Notes under the pieces: generated by a model
Told to the model about the DNA's origin: nothing
The model's input: the letters and a program-made list of their open reading frames with translations, nothing else
The model's database searches: none
Shown here: positions 1 to 10,130 of the stretch, one piece after another
Layout: each line of letters starts with the position of its first letter
How positions within the stretch are numbered: the stretch's first letter is position 1
Assembly: GCF_001465295.1 (NCBI RefSeq)
Contig: NZ_CP011034.1
Coordinates: forward strand, 2,010,001 to 2,042,000
Origin: Pseudoalteromonas translucida KMM 520
GTDB taxonomy: Bacteria > Pseudomonadota > Gammaproteobacteria > Enterobacterales > Alteromonadaceae
Length of the DNA: 32,000 nucleotides
Direction of reading: 5' to 3'
Program-made: the position numbers and the translations under genes

Positions 1-607
1 GATGCATACCTGAGTCGCGCACTACAATTTGACGATGACTTTTCAAATCCTCTGAGGTTAAATCTCTCCCCAAAGAATGTAAAGTATGATCTGGATTAGC
101 AACGGCAATAAAGTCTATTTGGCAAAGTTGCTCACTAAAACCTTCTGTTAATGCAACCGGTGAAATAGCAATATCTACATCAGCATTCTCAATCAGTTCG
201 CTTGCCCCACTCAGTACCGACTCCACCAACTCAATTTGCAGCATTGGATATTGGGCAGAAACAGTATCAAGCACTTTATATAGCCTTGCTTGCGGAAACA
301 TTTCATCAACCGCAATTTTTAAGCTGCCTTCTGTGCCCTGCCCAAGAGTATGGCCCACTATTTCCAGCTTAGCGGCTTCATCAAGCAAAAAGTTGGCGCG
401 CTTAAGCATTAGCTCACCCGCTTGAGTCAAAACAGTTTTTCGCCCTTCAATTTCAAATAATTTAACATCGAGCGAGCTTTCTATTTTACCCACTGCATTG
501 TGAATACTTGACTGGCTTTTATGAATTCCTTGTGAGGCTTGATTAAAGCCACCAAATTGCACCACAGAGCGAAACATTCGCCATTGCTCTAGTGTGACTC
601 TAAGCAT
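1..607 (-). CDS. LysR-family transcriptional regulator (C-terminal end lies beyond the window edge)
   Basis: Absent from the supplied ORF track because it runs off the window. The reverse complement from the ATG at 605-607 reads MLRVTLEQWRMFRSVVQFGGFNQASQGIHKSQSSIHNAVGKIESSLDVKLFEIEGRKTVLTQAGE..., a typical LysR N-terminal winged HTH. The frame then stays open to position 1. AGAGG lies 5 nt upstream of the ATG. Confidence 0.8.
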   Translation of the reverse strand, partial: MLRVTLEQWRMFRSVVQFGGFNQASQGIHKSQSSIHNAVGKIESSLDVKLFEIEGRKTVLTQAGELMLKRANFLLDEAAKLEIVGHTLGQGTEGSLKIAVDEMFPQARLYKVLDTVSAQYPMLQIELVESVLSGASELIENADVDIAISPVALTEGFSEQLCQIDFIAVANPDHTLHSLGRDLTSEDLKSHRQIVVRDSGMH

Positions 608-772
608 GATTACCTCTTATTGCTTTAAATTTTATTTTTGTTGTTAATTCTGCAGGCTATCTTCAGACAAGTTAAGCTTGAGCAAAACCACACTTGGTTA
701 TTATGCATAAATAGGTGTGAGTTTTATTCGGATCTCAGTTAATTAGCTATTAATGCGCAATAGCTCTTGGCA

Positions 773-1627
773 TTATTTAAGCGGGATAAACTCTTTATCA
801 TCACCTGGAATAGTTGGAAAACGCCCATTTTCCCAATCGTCTTTCGCTTGCTCAATACGCTCTTTGCTAAATGACACAAAGTTCCAATACAAAAATGGTA
901 CTTTTTCAAATTTATCGCCGCCTAACATAATAAAGCGACCGTCTGTTGCCAGCGTAATTTCGCTATCGCCTGGCTCTAATAAAATAAACTCATTAGTACC
1001 AAACGTTTCACCGTTAACAGTTACTTCGCCACAAATAGTAAATATTGCAGTTTCTTGTTCTGGGTGTGGGCGCTTTATAACACTTCCTTTGCTGGCAACA
1101 ACATCAATATAAAACATGGGTGAATAGGTTTTAACCGGCGAACTTAAACCATAAGCTTCACCCACTACTAATCGCATCATTACTCCTTCGTGGGTAATGT
1201 GCGGTAATTGGTTTTTTTTCACATGATTAAATGACGGTTCAATTTCTGCCATAGCTTCTGGCAATGCAACCCAGCACTGTAAACCACTAATTGAATGTGG
1301 ATTTGCACGTACTTCAAAGCTTTCACGCTCTGAATGGGTAATACCTTTACCTGAGGTCATCCAGTTAACATCACCAGGGCGAATTTCTAAATTATTACCC
1401 AGCGAATCACGATGTAAAATACTGCCATCAAATAGGTAAGTTAGTGTTGATAAACCAATATGTGGATGCGGTCTAACATTTATACCTTGGCCCGCAGGGA
1501 AATTATTTGGCCCCATTTGGTCAAAGAAAACAAATGGACCTACCATGCGTTTTTCTTGATGAGGTAAAACGCGTTTTACATTTAATCCACCAATATCATG
1601 CTCTTTAGCTTTAAGCACTTTAGCCAT
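773..1627 (-). CDS. Pirin-family (bicupin) protein
   Basis: ORF 773..1636. The translation has a pirin-like N-terminal cupin metal motif (RPHPHIGLSTLTYLFDG ... GITHSE) and the length fits two cupin halves. AAGAGGA abuts the first ATG, so the second ATG (MAKVLKAKEH, 1627) is the better-spaced start. Confidence 0.85.
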   Translation of the reverse strand: MAKVLKAKEHDIGGLNVKRVLPHQEKRMVGPFVFFDQMGPNNFPAGQGINVRPHPHIGLSTLTYLFDGSILHRDSLGNNLEIRPGDVNWMTSGKGITHSERESFEVRANPHSISGLQCWVALPEAMAEIEPSFNHVKKNQLPHITHEGVMMRLVVGEAYGLSSPVKTYSPMFYIDVVASKGSVIKRPHPEQETAIFTICGEVTVNGETFGTNEFILLEPGDSEITLATDGRFIMLGGDKFEKVPFLYWNFVSFSKERIEQAKDDWENGRFPTIPGDDKEFIPLK

Positions 1628-2218
1628 AATAAACATCCTCTTAAGTTGCTTTATAAAAATAAACGTATGTTATTTGTAATTCATATACAGTCAATTATCT
1701 ATAATTTATATTGTAATTTAATGATAGCCAACATCCGTTGTTCTAATTTAATTAATGAATAACGCCACTTTAGCCCGCAACATTCTCCCAATGAGAATGT
1801 TAGCACGTCATTGCAATAATACAAAAGATGCAGGTAATTTACATAATTGTTTTTTATTCTTACTTTTAAATTAGGGTCTTATTTTTAGGTTAAAACGTGT
1901 ATACCTCTGAAAATGTTTATACCTGTAAATAATGCTGCTGCACAAAACAGCAAATAATTTAGCCAGTTTTATCGCAAAGCAAATTCATAGCATACAGGGA
2001 ATTTAACTTATTAAGCTGCCTGTATTTTAAGCGAAAATATAATTTTAACACTCAAAATAGTACGCTAGCGCAAAAGTATATTTGTATTAATTGCTATTTC
2101 TGAGCTTGTATTTTTTCCCCTCAAAGGCTTTATATTTATACTAATCCAATGCTTAGAAACCGCTAGTACAACATTGTATTAACGTTTGAATAAGCGTTAT
2201 TTTAATCACACTTAACAT

Positions 2219-2239
2219 TTGGTACATATTTTGTACCAA
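2219..2239. promoter_or_regulatory. Inverted repeat TTGGTAC-N7-GTACCAA; also a partial sigma-54 -24/-12 match (TGGTAC-N5-TTGTA)
   Basis: Read directly from the sequence. It lies about 450 bp upstream of ureD in an ORF-free region. The -12 element is GT rather than the consensus GC. Confidence 0.2.
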
Positions 2240-2482
2240 CAGCAAAATCTCGTATCTAATTAATAAATAACAACAAATAGTTAAACACATTGAAAAAATA
2301 CAATTTTTTAAATTTTTTTCTGGACAATTTATTTTCCTCAGCTAACATCTAGCTAGAACATAGTTATTTCCTCACAACTCTACACGCCCTATGATTTGAG
2401 CTTTAACAGACTCTATTTGCGGGAAGTAGATACACACCCTGATATGTATTCGAAGTTTATCTTCATCAGTTTTGCAATTTCA

Positions 2483-2496
2483 GGCAATTAATTGCC
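2483..2496. promoter_or_regulatory. Perfect 14-bp palindrome GGCAATTAATTGCC upstream of ureD (candidate dimeric regulator site)
   Basis: Read directly from the sequence, about 180 bp upstream of the ureD start. No known consensus is assigned. Confidence 0.2.
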
Positions 2497-2550
2497 CGCA
2501 TACTGACATCCGGCGAAGGCTAACAAGCTAACTCCGTCAATTTGACCGAA

Positions 2551-2564
2551 TCCACACATGTGGA
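2551..2564. promoter_or_regulatory. Near-palindrome TCCACA-CA-TGTGGA upstream of ureD
   Basis: Read directly from the sequence, about 110 bp upstream of the ureD start. Confidence 0.15.
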
Positions 2565-2672
2565 CGATCTTAAAGATTTTGCTATCTTAAGGCTCTTACT
2601 CCTGCGCGTCAGAAAAGCCATAAATTTAGCGAAAGGTGCACTGCTGGGCCTATATAAAAGGTATATGTTGGA

Positions 2673-3581
2673 ATGATGACACTTTCCTCCATGCCCGTAA
2701 CACATCGGGCAGACGCTAAATCTGGGCATAGCTTTGATGCCAATCGCCACTGGGCAGCTTCTTTAACGCTCGGCTTCTGTGCTCAAAACAGCGGCGATAC
2801 ACGTGTTACGCGCATGAATATTGCTCGTCATTATGGTCCATTACGTGTGCAAAGACCTTTTTACCCTGAAGGCAAAGATGGCTGCTGTCACGTGTATTTA
2901 CTGCATCCACCCGGTGGAGTTGTGAGTGGTGATGCGCTCAATATAGATATTACGCTCACTAAAGGCGCACATAGTTTAATTACCACACCTGCCGCCAATA
3001 AGCTTTATAAAGCCGACAGCAACGGGGTTGCATGGAGCCAAACGACTAATTTAAAAGTGGATGACAACGCCATTTTAGAGTGGTTACCGCAAGAAACACT
3101 CGCCTTTGATGGCTCTCGTGGGGTGCAAGTATTTAACATTGAACTGGCTAAAACGGCTAAGTGCCTAGGCTGGGAAATACTAGGCCTTGGTCGCCCTGCC
3201 AGTGATCTGCCCTTTGCTACTGGCTGTATTGAGCAGCGCTTTGAGTTAACCCAAGACGGTAAGCCATTGTGGTTAGAGCGTCAAAATTTAGACCCTAGTC
3301 ACCCTAGATTTAACGGTAAATGGGGCCAAGGTGGTGCTACCGTACATGGCACATTTTGGACCGTTGGCTTAAGCGATCCAACAGCAGCTATTGCCGCACT
3401 GCGTGAACAACTACCGCCCAGTAATAATTGGGCTGCTACCTACCGCCGTGGCGTTTTATTAGTGCGTTATTTAGGGCACGAACGTAACCAAGTATGGAAA
3501 TTATTTGAACAAGTACGCGAGATACTTCGCCCGCTATTAAGCGGACATCAAGCCACCATACCACGGATTTGGTTAACCTAA
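2673..3581 (+). CDS. ureD: Urease accessory protein UreD
   Basis: The 302-aa translation has UreD/UreH-like blocks (HYGPLRVQRPFYPEG, CHVYLLHPPGGVVSGD). It sits at the head of the ureABCEFG cluster. The exact start is uncertain, with ATGs at 2673, 2676 and 2691. Confidence 0.85.
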   Translation: MMTLSSMPVTHRADAKSGHSFDANRHWAASLTLGFCAQNSGDTRVTRMNIARHYGPLRVQRPFYPEGKDGCCHVYLLHPPGGVVSGDALNIDITLTKGAHSLITTPAANKLYKADSNGVAWSQTTNLKVDDNAILEWLPQETLAFDGSRGVQVFNIELAKTAKCLGWEILGLGRPASDLPFATGCIEQRFELTQDGKPLWLERQNLDPSHPRFNGKWGQGGATVHGTFWTVGLSDPTAAIAALREQLPPSNNWAATYRRGVLLVRYLGHERNQVWKLFEQVREILRPLLSGHQATIPRIWLT

Positions 3582-3786
3582 TTTTAACTGTTTGTCATGG
3601 CTAAAAATGACAACAATAATTCTATCGCCTATGCTCATTAGGTGATTAATTAAACACCTTGGCTGAATAAATTTGTACCTATATTTTTAACAAATCGTCT
3701 TAGATTTTTGCTTAGGCGAACACACCACCTGTGCCAATTAGTCATAGGTAATTAATATAACAACATCGAGGACTATGGAGTTAGCG

Positions 3787-4089
3787 ATGGAATTAACACC
3801 CAGAGATAAAGATAAATTAATGTTATTCACTGCAGGTTTACTTGCAGAACGACGCAAAGCAAAAGGGCTAAAACTAAATTACCCAGAAGCAATTGCCCTG
3901 ATCACTTGCGCGATTATGGAAGGTGCACGCGAAGGACGCACAGTGGCTGAAATGATGGCATTGGGTCGTGAAATTTTGACCCGTGACGATGTAATGGAAG
4001 GCATTGCAGAGATGATTCAAGACGTACAAGTCGAAGCAACGTTTCCTGACGGTACCAAACTGGTCACTGTGCATAATCCTATAGTTTAA
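3787..4089 (+). CDS. ureA: Urease subunit gamma
   Basis: [39 protein letters not shown] is the canonical UreA N-terminus. The second ATG (3787) gives the usual 100 aa and has GGAG 6 nt upstream. Confidence 0.95.
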   Translation: MELTPRDKDKLMLFTAGLLAERRKAKGLKLNYPEAIALITCAIMEGAREGRTVAEMMALGREILTRDDVMEGIAEMIQDVQVEATFPDGTKLVTVHNPIV

Positions 4090-4100
4090 GGAAGTTCGTT

Positions 4101-4433
4101 ATGATTCCAGGTGAATATCAACTAAAAAGTGGCGACATTGAACTGTGTGTTGGGCGTAAAAGCATCACCATTAATGTTGCTAATAAAGGGGATCGACCTG
4201 TACAGGTTGGCTCTCATTACCACTTTGCCGAAAGTAACCCAGCACTGAGCTTTGATCGCGAGCAAGCCTATGGTTATCGCTTAGCTATTGCTGCTGGTTT
4301 AGCAATTCGCTTTGAACCAGGACAAACCCGTGAAGTGTCTTTGATCCCCTATTCAGGTTTACGTCGTCTTTACGGTTTTCGTGGTGAAGTAATGGGACCT
4401 TTAGACAATAAACCTAAACAGGAGAGTGTGTAA
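4101..4433 (+). CDS. ureB: Urease subunit beta
   Basis: [19 protein letters not shown]...[20 protein letters not shown] is typical UreB. AAGGAAG serves as the RBS. The stop overlaps the ureC ATG by 1 nt. Confidence 0.95.
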   Translation: MIPGEYQLKSGDIELCVGRKSITINVANKGDRPVQVGSHYHFAESNPALSFDREQAYGYRLAIAAGLAIRFEPGQTREVSLIPYSGLRRLYGFRGEVMGPLDNKPKQESV

Positions 4434-6136
4434 TGAAAATATCTCGTCAAGCCTATGCTGATATGTATGGCCCAACCACGGGTGATCGAATTCGTTTAGG
4501 TGATACCGAATTATGGGTCGAAATAGAACATGACCATACCCATTATGGTGAAGAAGTAAAATTTGGTGGCGGTAAAGTTATTCGAGATGGAATGGGGCAA
4601 AGTCAACGCTGTGATGACGCCGTTATGGACACGGTTATCACTAACGCAGTGATTATCGATTGGTGGGGCATTATTAAGGCCGACGTAGGTTTAAAAAATG
4701 GCCGCATTGCTGCTATTGGCAAATCTGGCAACCCTGATACACAGCCCGACATAGACATTATTATTGGCCCAGGTACTGAGATTATTGCTGGTGAAGGTCA
4801 AATACTAACAGCCGGTGGCGTCGATACCCACGTGCACTATATTTGCCCACAACAAGTTGATGAAGCACTTATGAGTGGCCTAACAACTATGATTGGCGGC
4901 GGCACAGGCCCTGCAACAGGCTCAGTAGCTACAACACATACACCGGGGCCATGGCATTTAGGCAAAATGATGCAAGCCGTGGACGATTTACCGATTAATA
5001 TTGGTTTTCTAGGTAAAGGTAGCGCAAGTACTCCCGAAGCACTTGAGCAACAAATTAAAGCCGGCGCTATGAGTTTAAAAATTCATGAAGACTGGGGCGC
5101 TGCACCCGCTTCTATTAGTAACGCATTAGATGTTGCTGATCGCTACGACATTCAAGTTGCCATACATGCAGATAGCCTTAATGAATCTGGTTTTGTGCAA
5201 GATACGCTAGAAGCATTTAAAGATCGTTGTATCCACACCTATCATACCGAAGGTGCCGGTGGTGGTCATGCCCCTGATATTATTGTTGCTTGTGCTATGC
5301 CTAATGTGTTGCCGTCGTCAACTAACCCGACTCGTCCGTACACTATCAATACTGTGGATGAGCATCTTGATATGTTGATGGGCTGTCATCACCTCGATCC
5401 TAACATTCCTGAAGATGTAGCCTTTGCCGATTCACGTATTCGCCGTGAAACAATTGCTGCCGAAGATATTCTTCATGATATGGGCGTTATTTCGATGATG
5501 TCTTCTGACTCGCAAGCCATGGGGCGCATTGGCGAAGTAGTGTGTCGTACGTGGCAAACTGCACATAAAATGCGCGTGCAACGTGGTTTATTACCAGAAG
5601 ATGAAGCACTTGGCGCCGATAACTTTCGCGCAAAACGTTACATTGCCAAATACACTATTAACCCTGCCATTACTCACGGTATAAGCCACGAAGTGGGCTC
5701 TATTGAAGTGGGTAAATTTGCAGATTTAGTACTGTGGAAACCGCCATTTTTTGGGGTTAAACCATCAATTATATTAAAAGGCGGCATGATTGCAGGTGCG
5801 GCAATGGGCGATCCAAACGCAGCTATTTCTACACCACAACCGGTACATTACCGCCGTATGTTTGGTGCATTAGGTAAAGCAGTAAGTGCAACACGTATGA
5901 CCTTTGTAAGCCAAGCTGCTATGAATACTGGGCTTGAAGAAAAACTCGGTTTGAAGAGCCAGCTTGTGGCCTGTAAAAATGTACGACAAGTGCGTAAATG
6001 CGATATGAAGCTCAACGATGCTTGTCCGGTATTAACGGTAGATCCGCAAACGTATGAGGTTCACGCAGACGGTGTATTACTTACCTGCGAACCTGCAACT
6101 GAATTACCGTTAGCCCAGCGCTACCATTTGTTTTAA
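4433..6136 (+). CDS. ureC: Urease subunit alpha (nickel metalloenzyme catalytic subunit)
   Basis: 567 aa with the conserved urease blocks [43 protein letters not shown] and MVCHHLD-like MGCHHLD. Confidence 0.97.
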   Translation: MKISRQAYADMYGPTTGDRIRLGDTELWVEIEHDHTHYGEEVKFGGGKVIRDGMGQSQRCDDAVMDTVITNAVIIDWWGIIKADVGLKNGRIAAIGKSGNPDTQPDIDIIIGPGTEIIAGEGQILTAGGVDTHVHYICPQQVDEALMSGLTTMIGGGTGPATGSVATTHTPGPWHLGKMMQAVDDLPINIGFLGKGSASTPEALEQQIKAGAMSLKIHEDWGAAPASISNALDVADRYDIQVAIHADSLNESGFVQDTLEAFKDRCIHTYHTEGAGGGHAPDIIVACAMPNVLPSSTNPTRPYTINTVDEHLDMLMGCHHLDPNIPEDVAFADSRIRRETIAAEDILHDMGVISMMSSDSQAMGRIGEVVCRTWQTAHKMRVQRGLLPEDEALGADNFRAKRYIAKYTINPAITHGISHEVGSIEVGKFADLVLWKPPFFGVKPSIILKGGMIAGAAMGDPNAAISTPQPVHYRRMFGALGKAVSATRMTFVSQAAMNTGLEEKLGLKSQLVACKNVRQVRKCDMKLNDACPVLTVDPQTYEVHADGVLLTCEPATELPLAQRYHLF

Positions 6137-6156
6137 TCCATTTTTAGGACAATTAA

Positions 6157-6669
6157 ATGTTTGAATTAACAAAAAGAATAGATAGCAACACGCAAGATGC
6201 TGTGTTTGACACCCTCACCTTACCATACGAGTTACGTATTCGTGGTCGCCTAAAAGCAGTGAGCGACAATGGTCATGATGTTGGTTTATTTCTTGACCGC
6301 GGCCCAGTGCTGCGTAATGGCGATTTACTGCGTGCCAGCAGCGGCGAAGTATTTAGTATTAGCGCTGCCGATGAGCCGGTTACCACAGCATACATAGAAA
6401 ACGGTTTGCCTTTGGCACGATTATGTTACCACTTAGGTAACCGCCATGTGTCACTTGCAATTGGCGTTGATACAGATGGTCGCCATTGGATACGTTTTCC
6501 GCCAGATCATGTATTAGAAGAGTTAGCGGTACTTTTAGGCGCGCAATTAACGCACCACCAAGCACCGTTTGATCCAGAATCTGGTGCATATGCACACGCT
6601 GGCCGTGAGCAATCGCATGCTCACTCCCATGAACATTCACATGCCGATGGTCATACTCATGCACACTAA
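6157..6669 (+). CDS. ureE: Urease accessory metallochaperone UreE with His-rich C-terminal tail
   Basis: Position after ureC. The fold-level sequence is UreE-like (LCYHLGNRHV) and the tail is HAGREQSHAHSHEHSHADGHTHAH. Confidence 0.9.
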   Translation: MFELTKRIDSNTQDAVFDTLTLPYELRIRGRLKAVSDNGHDVGLFLDRGPVLRNGDLLRASSGEVFSISAADEPVTTAYIENGLPLARLCYHLGNRHVSLAIGVDTDGRHWIRFPPDHVLEELAVLLGAQLTHHQAPFDPESGAYAHAGREQSHAHSHEHSHADGHTHAH

Positions 6670-7366
6670 TACTGAGCCAACACAAAGCAGTGATCTGGCA
6701 TTATTGGGCTTGATGCAATTGATCAGCCCTGCGCTGCCAATTGGTGCTTTTGCTTGGTCTCAGGGGTTAGAAAGCGCTTTTGAACTTGGCTGGGTTACTA
6801 ATGAGCAACAACTTGGCGAATGGTTAGAAGGTGTGCTTGACGACGGTTTAACGCGCTGCGAATTGCCGGTACTTGCTCGGCTACAAAACTGCTGGGCTAA
6901 AAGCGACAGCGAAGGCTTAAGCTACTGGAACGACTGGCTACATGCAAATCGTGAAACTGCCGAGCTAAGCGATGAAGATACCCGCTTAGGCTTAGCCCTA
7001 ATGCGTTTGCTCAACAGTTTACAGTTACAACCGAAAATCGAGCAAGGTCATGCAGCATTACCGCAAGACCTAGGTTATGTCACCGTTTTTGCCTGGTTAG
7101 CTCAACAACGACAAATTCCAGTACGCCAAAGCTTACTCGGGTTTGTTTGGGGCTGGTTAGAAAACCAACTGGCGGTTGCCTGTAAAGCAATGCCGCTTGG
7201 GCACACGGCAGCGCAGCGTTTAATTGAGCAATTACGGCCTAAAATGGTTATCGCAATCGACACTGCATTAGCATTAGCCGATGACCAACTTGGGCCAATT
7301 ATGCCTGGCTTAGCGCTTGGTAGTGCACAGCACGAAACACAATATTCAAGATTATTTCGAAGCTAA
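6659..7366 (+). CDS. ureF: Urease accessory protein UreF
   Basis: The ORF track opens at 6569 inside ureE. The ATG at 6659 (MHTNTEPTQSSDLALLGLMQLISPALPIGAFAWSQGLE) gives a normal-length UreF and overlaps the ureE end by 11 nt. Confidence 0.85.
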   Translation: MHTNTEPTQSSDLALLGLMQLISPALPIGAFAWSQGLESAFELGWVTNEQQLGEWLEGVLDDGLTRCELPVLARLQNCWAKSDSEGLSYWNDWLHANRETAELSDEDTRLGLALMRLLNSLQLQPKIEQGHAALPQDLGYVTVFAWLAQQRQIPVRQSLLGFVWGWLENQLAVACKAMPLGHTAAQRLIEQLRPKMVIAIDTALALADDQLGPIMPGLALGSAQHETQYSRLFRS

Positions 7367-7396
7367 TACGCTTCTATATACACAAGGAAAACAGCA

Positions 7397-8035
7397 ATGA
7401 CACATTGTTTACGAATCGGCGTTGGCGGCCCAGTTGGCTCTGGCAAAACAGCTTTATTACGTCAATTATGTAAAGTATTGAAAGATCACTATGATATCGC
7501 CGTGGTTACAAACGATATTTATACCCGCGAAGATGCTGACTTTTTACTTAAACACGACGCACTTCCAGCAGATCGTATTTTAGGAGTAGAAACAGGTGGT
7601 TGCCCACATACGGCAATTCGTGAAGATGCTTCTATGAACTTAGCAGCGATTGACGACTTACAAGCACGCCACCCTAATTTAGAAATAGTACTGGTTGAAT
7701 CTGGCGGCGATAACTTATCAGCCACTTTCAGCCCAGAGCTTTCTGATTTAACACTTTATGTGATTGACGTGTCTGCTGGCGACAAAATTCCACGTAAAGG
7801 TGGCCCAGGTATCACTAAGTCTGACTTATTAATAATTAATAAAATTGATATCGCAGAATATGTGCATGCTTCGTTAGATGTAATGGAACGTGACTCGAAA
7901 AAAATGCGCGGTGAACGCCCTTTCGTTTTTGCTAACCTTTACGATGGTGTTGGCTTAGAAGAGATTATCAGCTTTATTTTAAAGCAAGGCATGTTACCTG
8001 AACGCCGACCTGGCAAGCCAAATAGTATTAATTAA
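7397..8035 (+). CDS. ureG: Urease accessory GTPase UreG
   Basis: P-loop [10 protein letters not shown], the CPH motif ([13 protein letters not shown]) and NKIDI, which is the SIMIBI GTPase UreG signature. Confidence 0.95.
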   Translation: MTHCLRIGVGGPVGSGKTALLRQLCKVLKDHYDIAVVTNDIYTREDADFLLKHDALPADRILGVETGGCPHTAIREDASMNLAAIDDLQARHPNLEIVLVESGGDNLSATFSPELSDLTLYVIDVSAGDKIPRKGGPGITKSDLLIINKIDIAEYVHASLDVMERDSKKMRGERPFVFANLYDGVGLEEIISFILKQGMLPERRPGKPNSIN

Positions 8036-8094
8036 ACAACACAATTTTTAATCAAAACAAAATTCAATAGTAAAAAATATAAACGGAGAATAGT

Positions 8095-8679
8095 ATGAAA
8101 ATAATGACCAAATTACTGATGGGATTAGGCCTAATGCTAACAGCTACTGCAGCTTTAGCCCACCCTGGTCATGGCGCTGAAACCCATAACGGTTTTCTTA
8201 GTGGCTTGTTACACCCACTTATGGGTATTGACCACTTATTAGCAATGGCAGCAATTGGCTTTTGGAGTATTCGCCAAAGCACAGCAATGAAACGCGGCAC
8301 GCCATTATTTGTAGTTGGCGGCATGGTTTTAGGCGCGGCCCTTGCTTGGAGTGGCTTAAGCTTTGCAGGCGTTGAAACCGGTATTGCAATGAGCGTATTA
8401 CTAGCCGGTATATTAATTGCCACTATGGCTAAATTACCAACCGTATTAGGCGCAAGCTTAGTTGCTTTATTTATGCTTACACATGGTTATGCCCACGGTG
8501 CAGAAATGGCTGAAGGCGCAAGCATATTAAGCTACATGGCGGGCTTTGTTATTGCTACTTTAGCTATCACCTTTATTGGCCGTGGTTTGGGCACACTGAT
8601 GCTAAAAGCTGATAACCGCGCTACCCGTGCACTTGGTGGTGTAGTTGCAGTAATTGGTGGCGTATTGGCAGTTGGCTAA
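8095..8679 (+). CDS. HupE/UreJ-family nickel transporter
   Basis: Signal peptide followed by an HPGHG N-terminal metal motif, about six hydrophobic helices, and HGYAHG in a late helix. It lies directly downstream of ureG. GGAGA serves as the RBS. Confidence 0.85.
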   Translation: MKIMTKLLMGLGLMLTATAALAHPGHGAETHNGFLSGLLHPLMGIDHLLAMAAIGFWSIRQSTAMKRGTPLFVVGGMVLGAALAWSGLSFAGVETGIAMSVLLAGILIATMAKLPTVLGASLVALFMLTHGYAHGAEMAEGASILSYMAGFVIATLAITFIGRGLGTLMLKADNRATRALGGVVAVIGGVLAVG

Positions 8680-8867
8680 TAGTAACTGAATTTATTATCC
8701 CCATTAGGGTAGCTTTACTGTCGCTAACATAGTTGATGCTATGGCTACCCTTACCTTCAAATCAATGGCTATCGGGCAGCAGCTAGATGGCCTGCGAGAA
8801 TAAACCCACTTTTAATGTGGTCAATTTAAACCTCATTATAACTATCTCAGCTAGGAGAAATATCAAG

Positions 8868-10130
8868 ATGAGCGGCACAATCATAAAACTTTCAAGAAAC
8901 ACTAATAATGCACCAAGCTGCACTGTAGCTACACAAACAGTTGCTTTTTCGCATTACAATAATATTTCAGCACAATTACCGATTGATCCTAAAAGCGGTA
9001 ACATTGTAGCTGATGATATAAAAACACAGGCAAAACAGTGTTTAACAAATATTAAAGCGGTTATTGAAAGTATTGATCATGTTATGGACGATGTGATTAA
9101 AATTAATGTGTTTTTAAAAAACATCACAGATATTGATGCTGTAAACGACGTATACGCTAGTTTCTTTCAAGACTACTTACCAACACGCACAACAGTTGCC
9201 GTGGCAGCTTTACCGCTAGAGGGTGCATTAGTACAAATGGATGCGCTTATCTCTAATGGCGAAGGTACTACACCACAAGCGCCTTGCGATTTAATTAAAG
9301 TAGCAAAAAATAGTAAAAATGCACCTATATGCCCAGTGTCTACGCATACGGTTGCTTTTTCTCATTACAATAATATTTCTGCTCAGTTACCTGTCGATCC
9401 TAAATCGGGAGAAATAGTAACCGGTGGTATAAAAAATCAGACTAAACAGTGTTTAAGCAATATTAAAGCTATTTTAGAGAGTATTGACGTACCCTTTGAC
9501 GACATAGTTAAGGTAAATATATTTGTTAAAAATCCGGCAGATATTGACGCAATAAACGAAGTTTATACAACCTTTATTCCAGACTCAGCTATTGCCAGAG
9601 CTGTAGCTTACGTACCAGCAAGATCAACCATGGTTGTTGCAGCACTGCCTATGGATGCTTTAGTACAAATTGATGCAGTTATATCCCATGGTGATGGCAC
9701 ACCACCACAAGCAGTTGAGGACAGACACGGCATTATTATTAGAGCAAGTAATATCAAAAATGCGCCAATTAATGCTCTATCTACACAAACAGTGGCGTTT
9801 TCGCACTACAACCATATTTCAGCGCAATTACCCATTGATGCAAAAACGGCTAATCTTGTAGCTGATGACGTAACAACACAAGCAACGCAGTGCTTAAACA
9901 ATATTAAAGCCATTGTAGAGAGTATTGATCATGTTATGGACGACCTTGTAAAAGTTAACATTCAAGTTAAAAACATTAGCGATATTACCGCTATTGATAA
10001 AGTGTACGCCAGCTTCTTTAAAGGTGATTTGCCAGCAAGAACTGTGGTAGGCGTATCAGCTATCCCTATGAATGCGCTAGTACAAATTGATGCGGTAGTG
10101 TCTAACGCTGAAGGTACGCCCCCTAAGTTA
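8868..10130 (+). repeat. Three diverged tandem coding repeats of about 415-430 bp (approximately 8868-9284, 9285-9716, 9717-10130)
   Basis: Boundaries come from aligning the three protein units by eye. Units 1 and 3 are visibly the most similar at nucleotide level, for example the shared agtattgatcatgttatggacga. Confidence 0.75.

Noticed and set aside
753-1112. 119-aa plus-strand ORF
   Set aside because: It lies entirely antisense within the well-supported pirin gene. The sequence is low-complexity and Ser/Pro/Ile-rich with no recognisable motif, so it is a shadow ORF.
1211-1219. A8/T8 homopolymer inside the pirin gene as a possible slippage site
   Set aside because: A/T runs of this length are frequent throughout this AT-rich window and encode ordinary Lys-Lys-Asn. 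The tract does not stand out compositionally, unlike the G-tract in the phosphatase gene.
2520-2750. 76-aa minus-strand ORF spanning the ureD start
   Set aside because: It overlaps the ureD 5' end on the opposite strand. It has no RBS that I can see and no recognisable motif, and is probably a chance ORF.
6569-6658. N-terminal extension of the ureF ORF back into ureE
   Set aside because: The extension is just the alternative frame of the His-rich ureE tail (many ATG/CAT codons). The start at 6659 gives a normal UreF with the usual short ureE/ureF overlap.
8709-8752. GGGTAGC ... GCTACCC hairpin after hupE as a terminator separating the urease operon from the RidA-fusion gene
   Set aside because: The stem is only 7 bp, the loop is about 30 nt and there is no T-run. 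This is not convincing as an intrinsic terminator, so co-transcription remains open.
8787-8867. 27-codon N-terminal extension of the triple-RidA ORF (MACENKPTF...)
   Set aside because: There is no RBS before 8787, whereas AGGAGA precedes the ATG at 8868. The extension also has no counterpart in repeat units 2 and 3.
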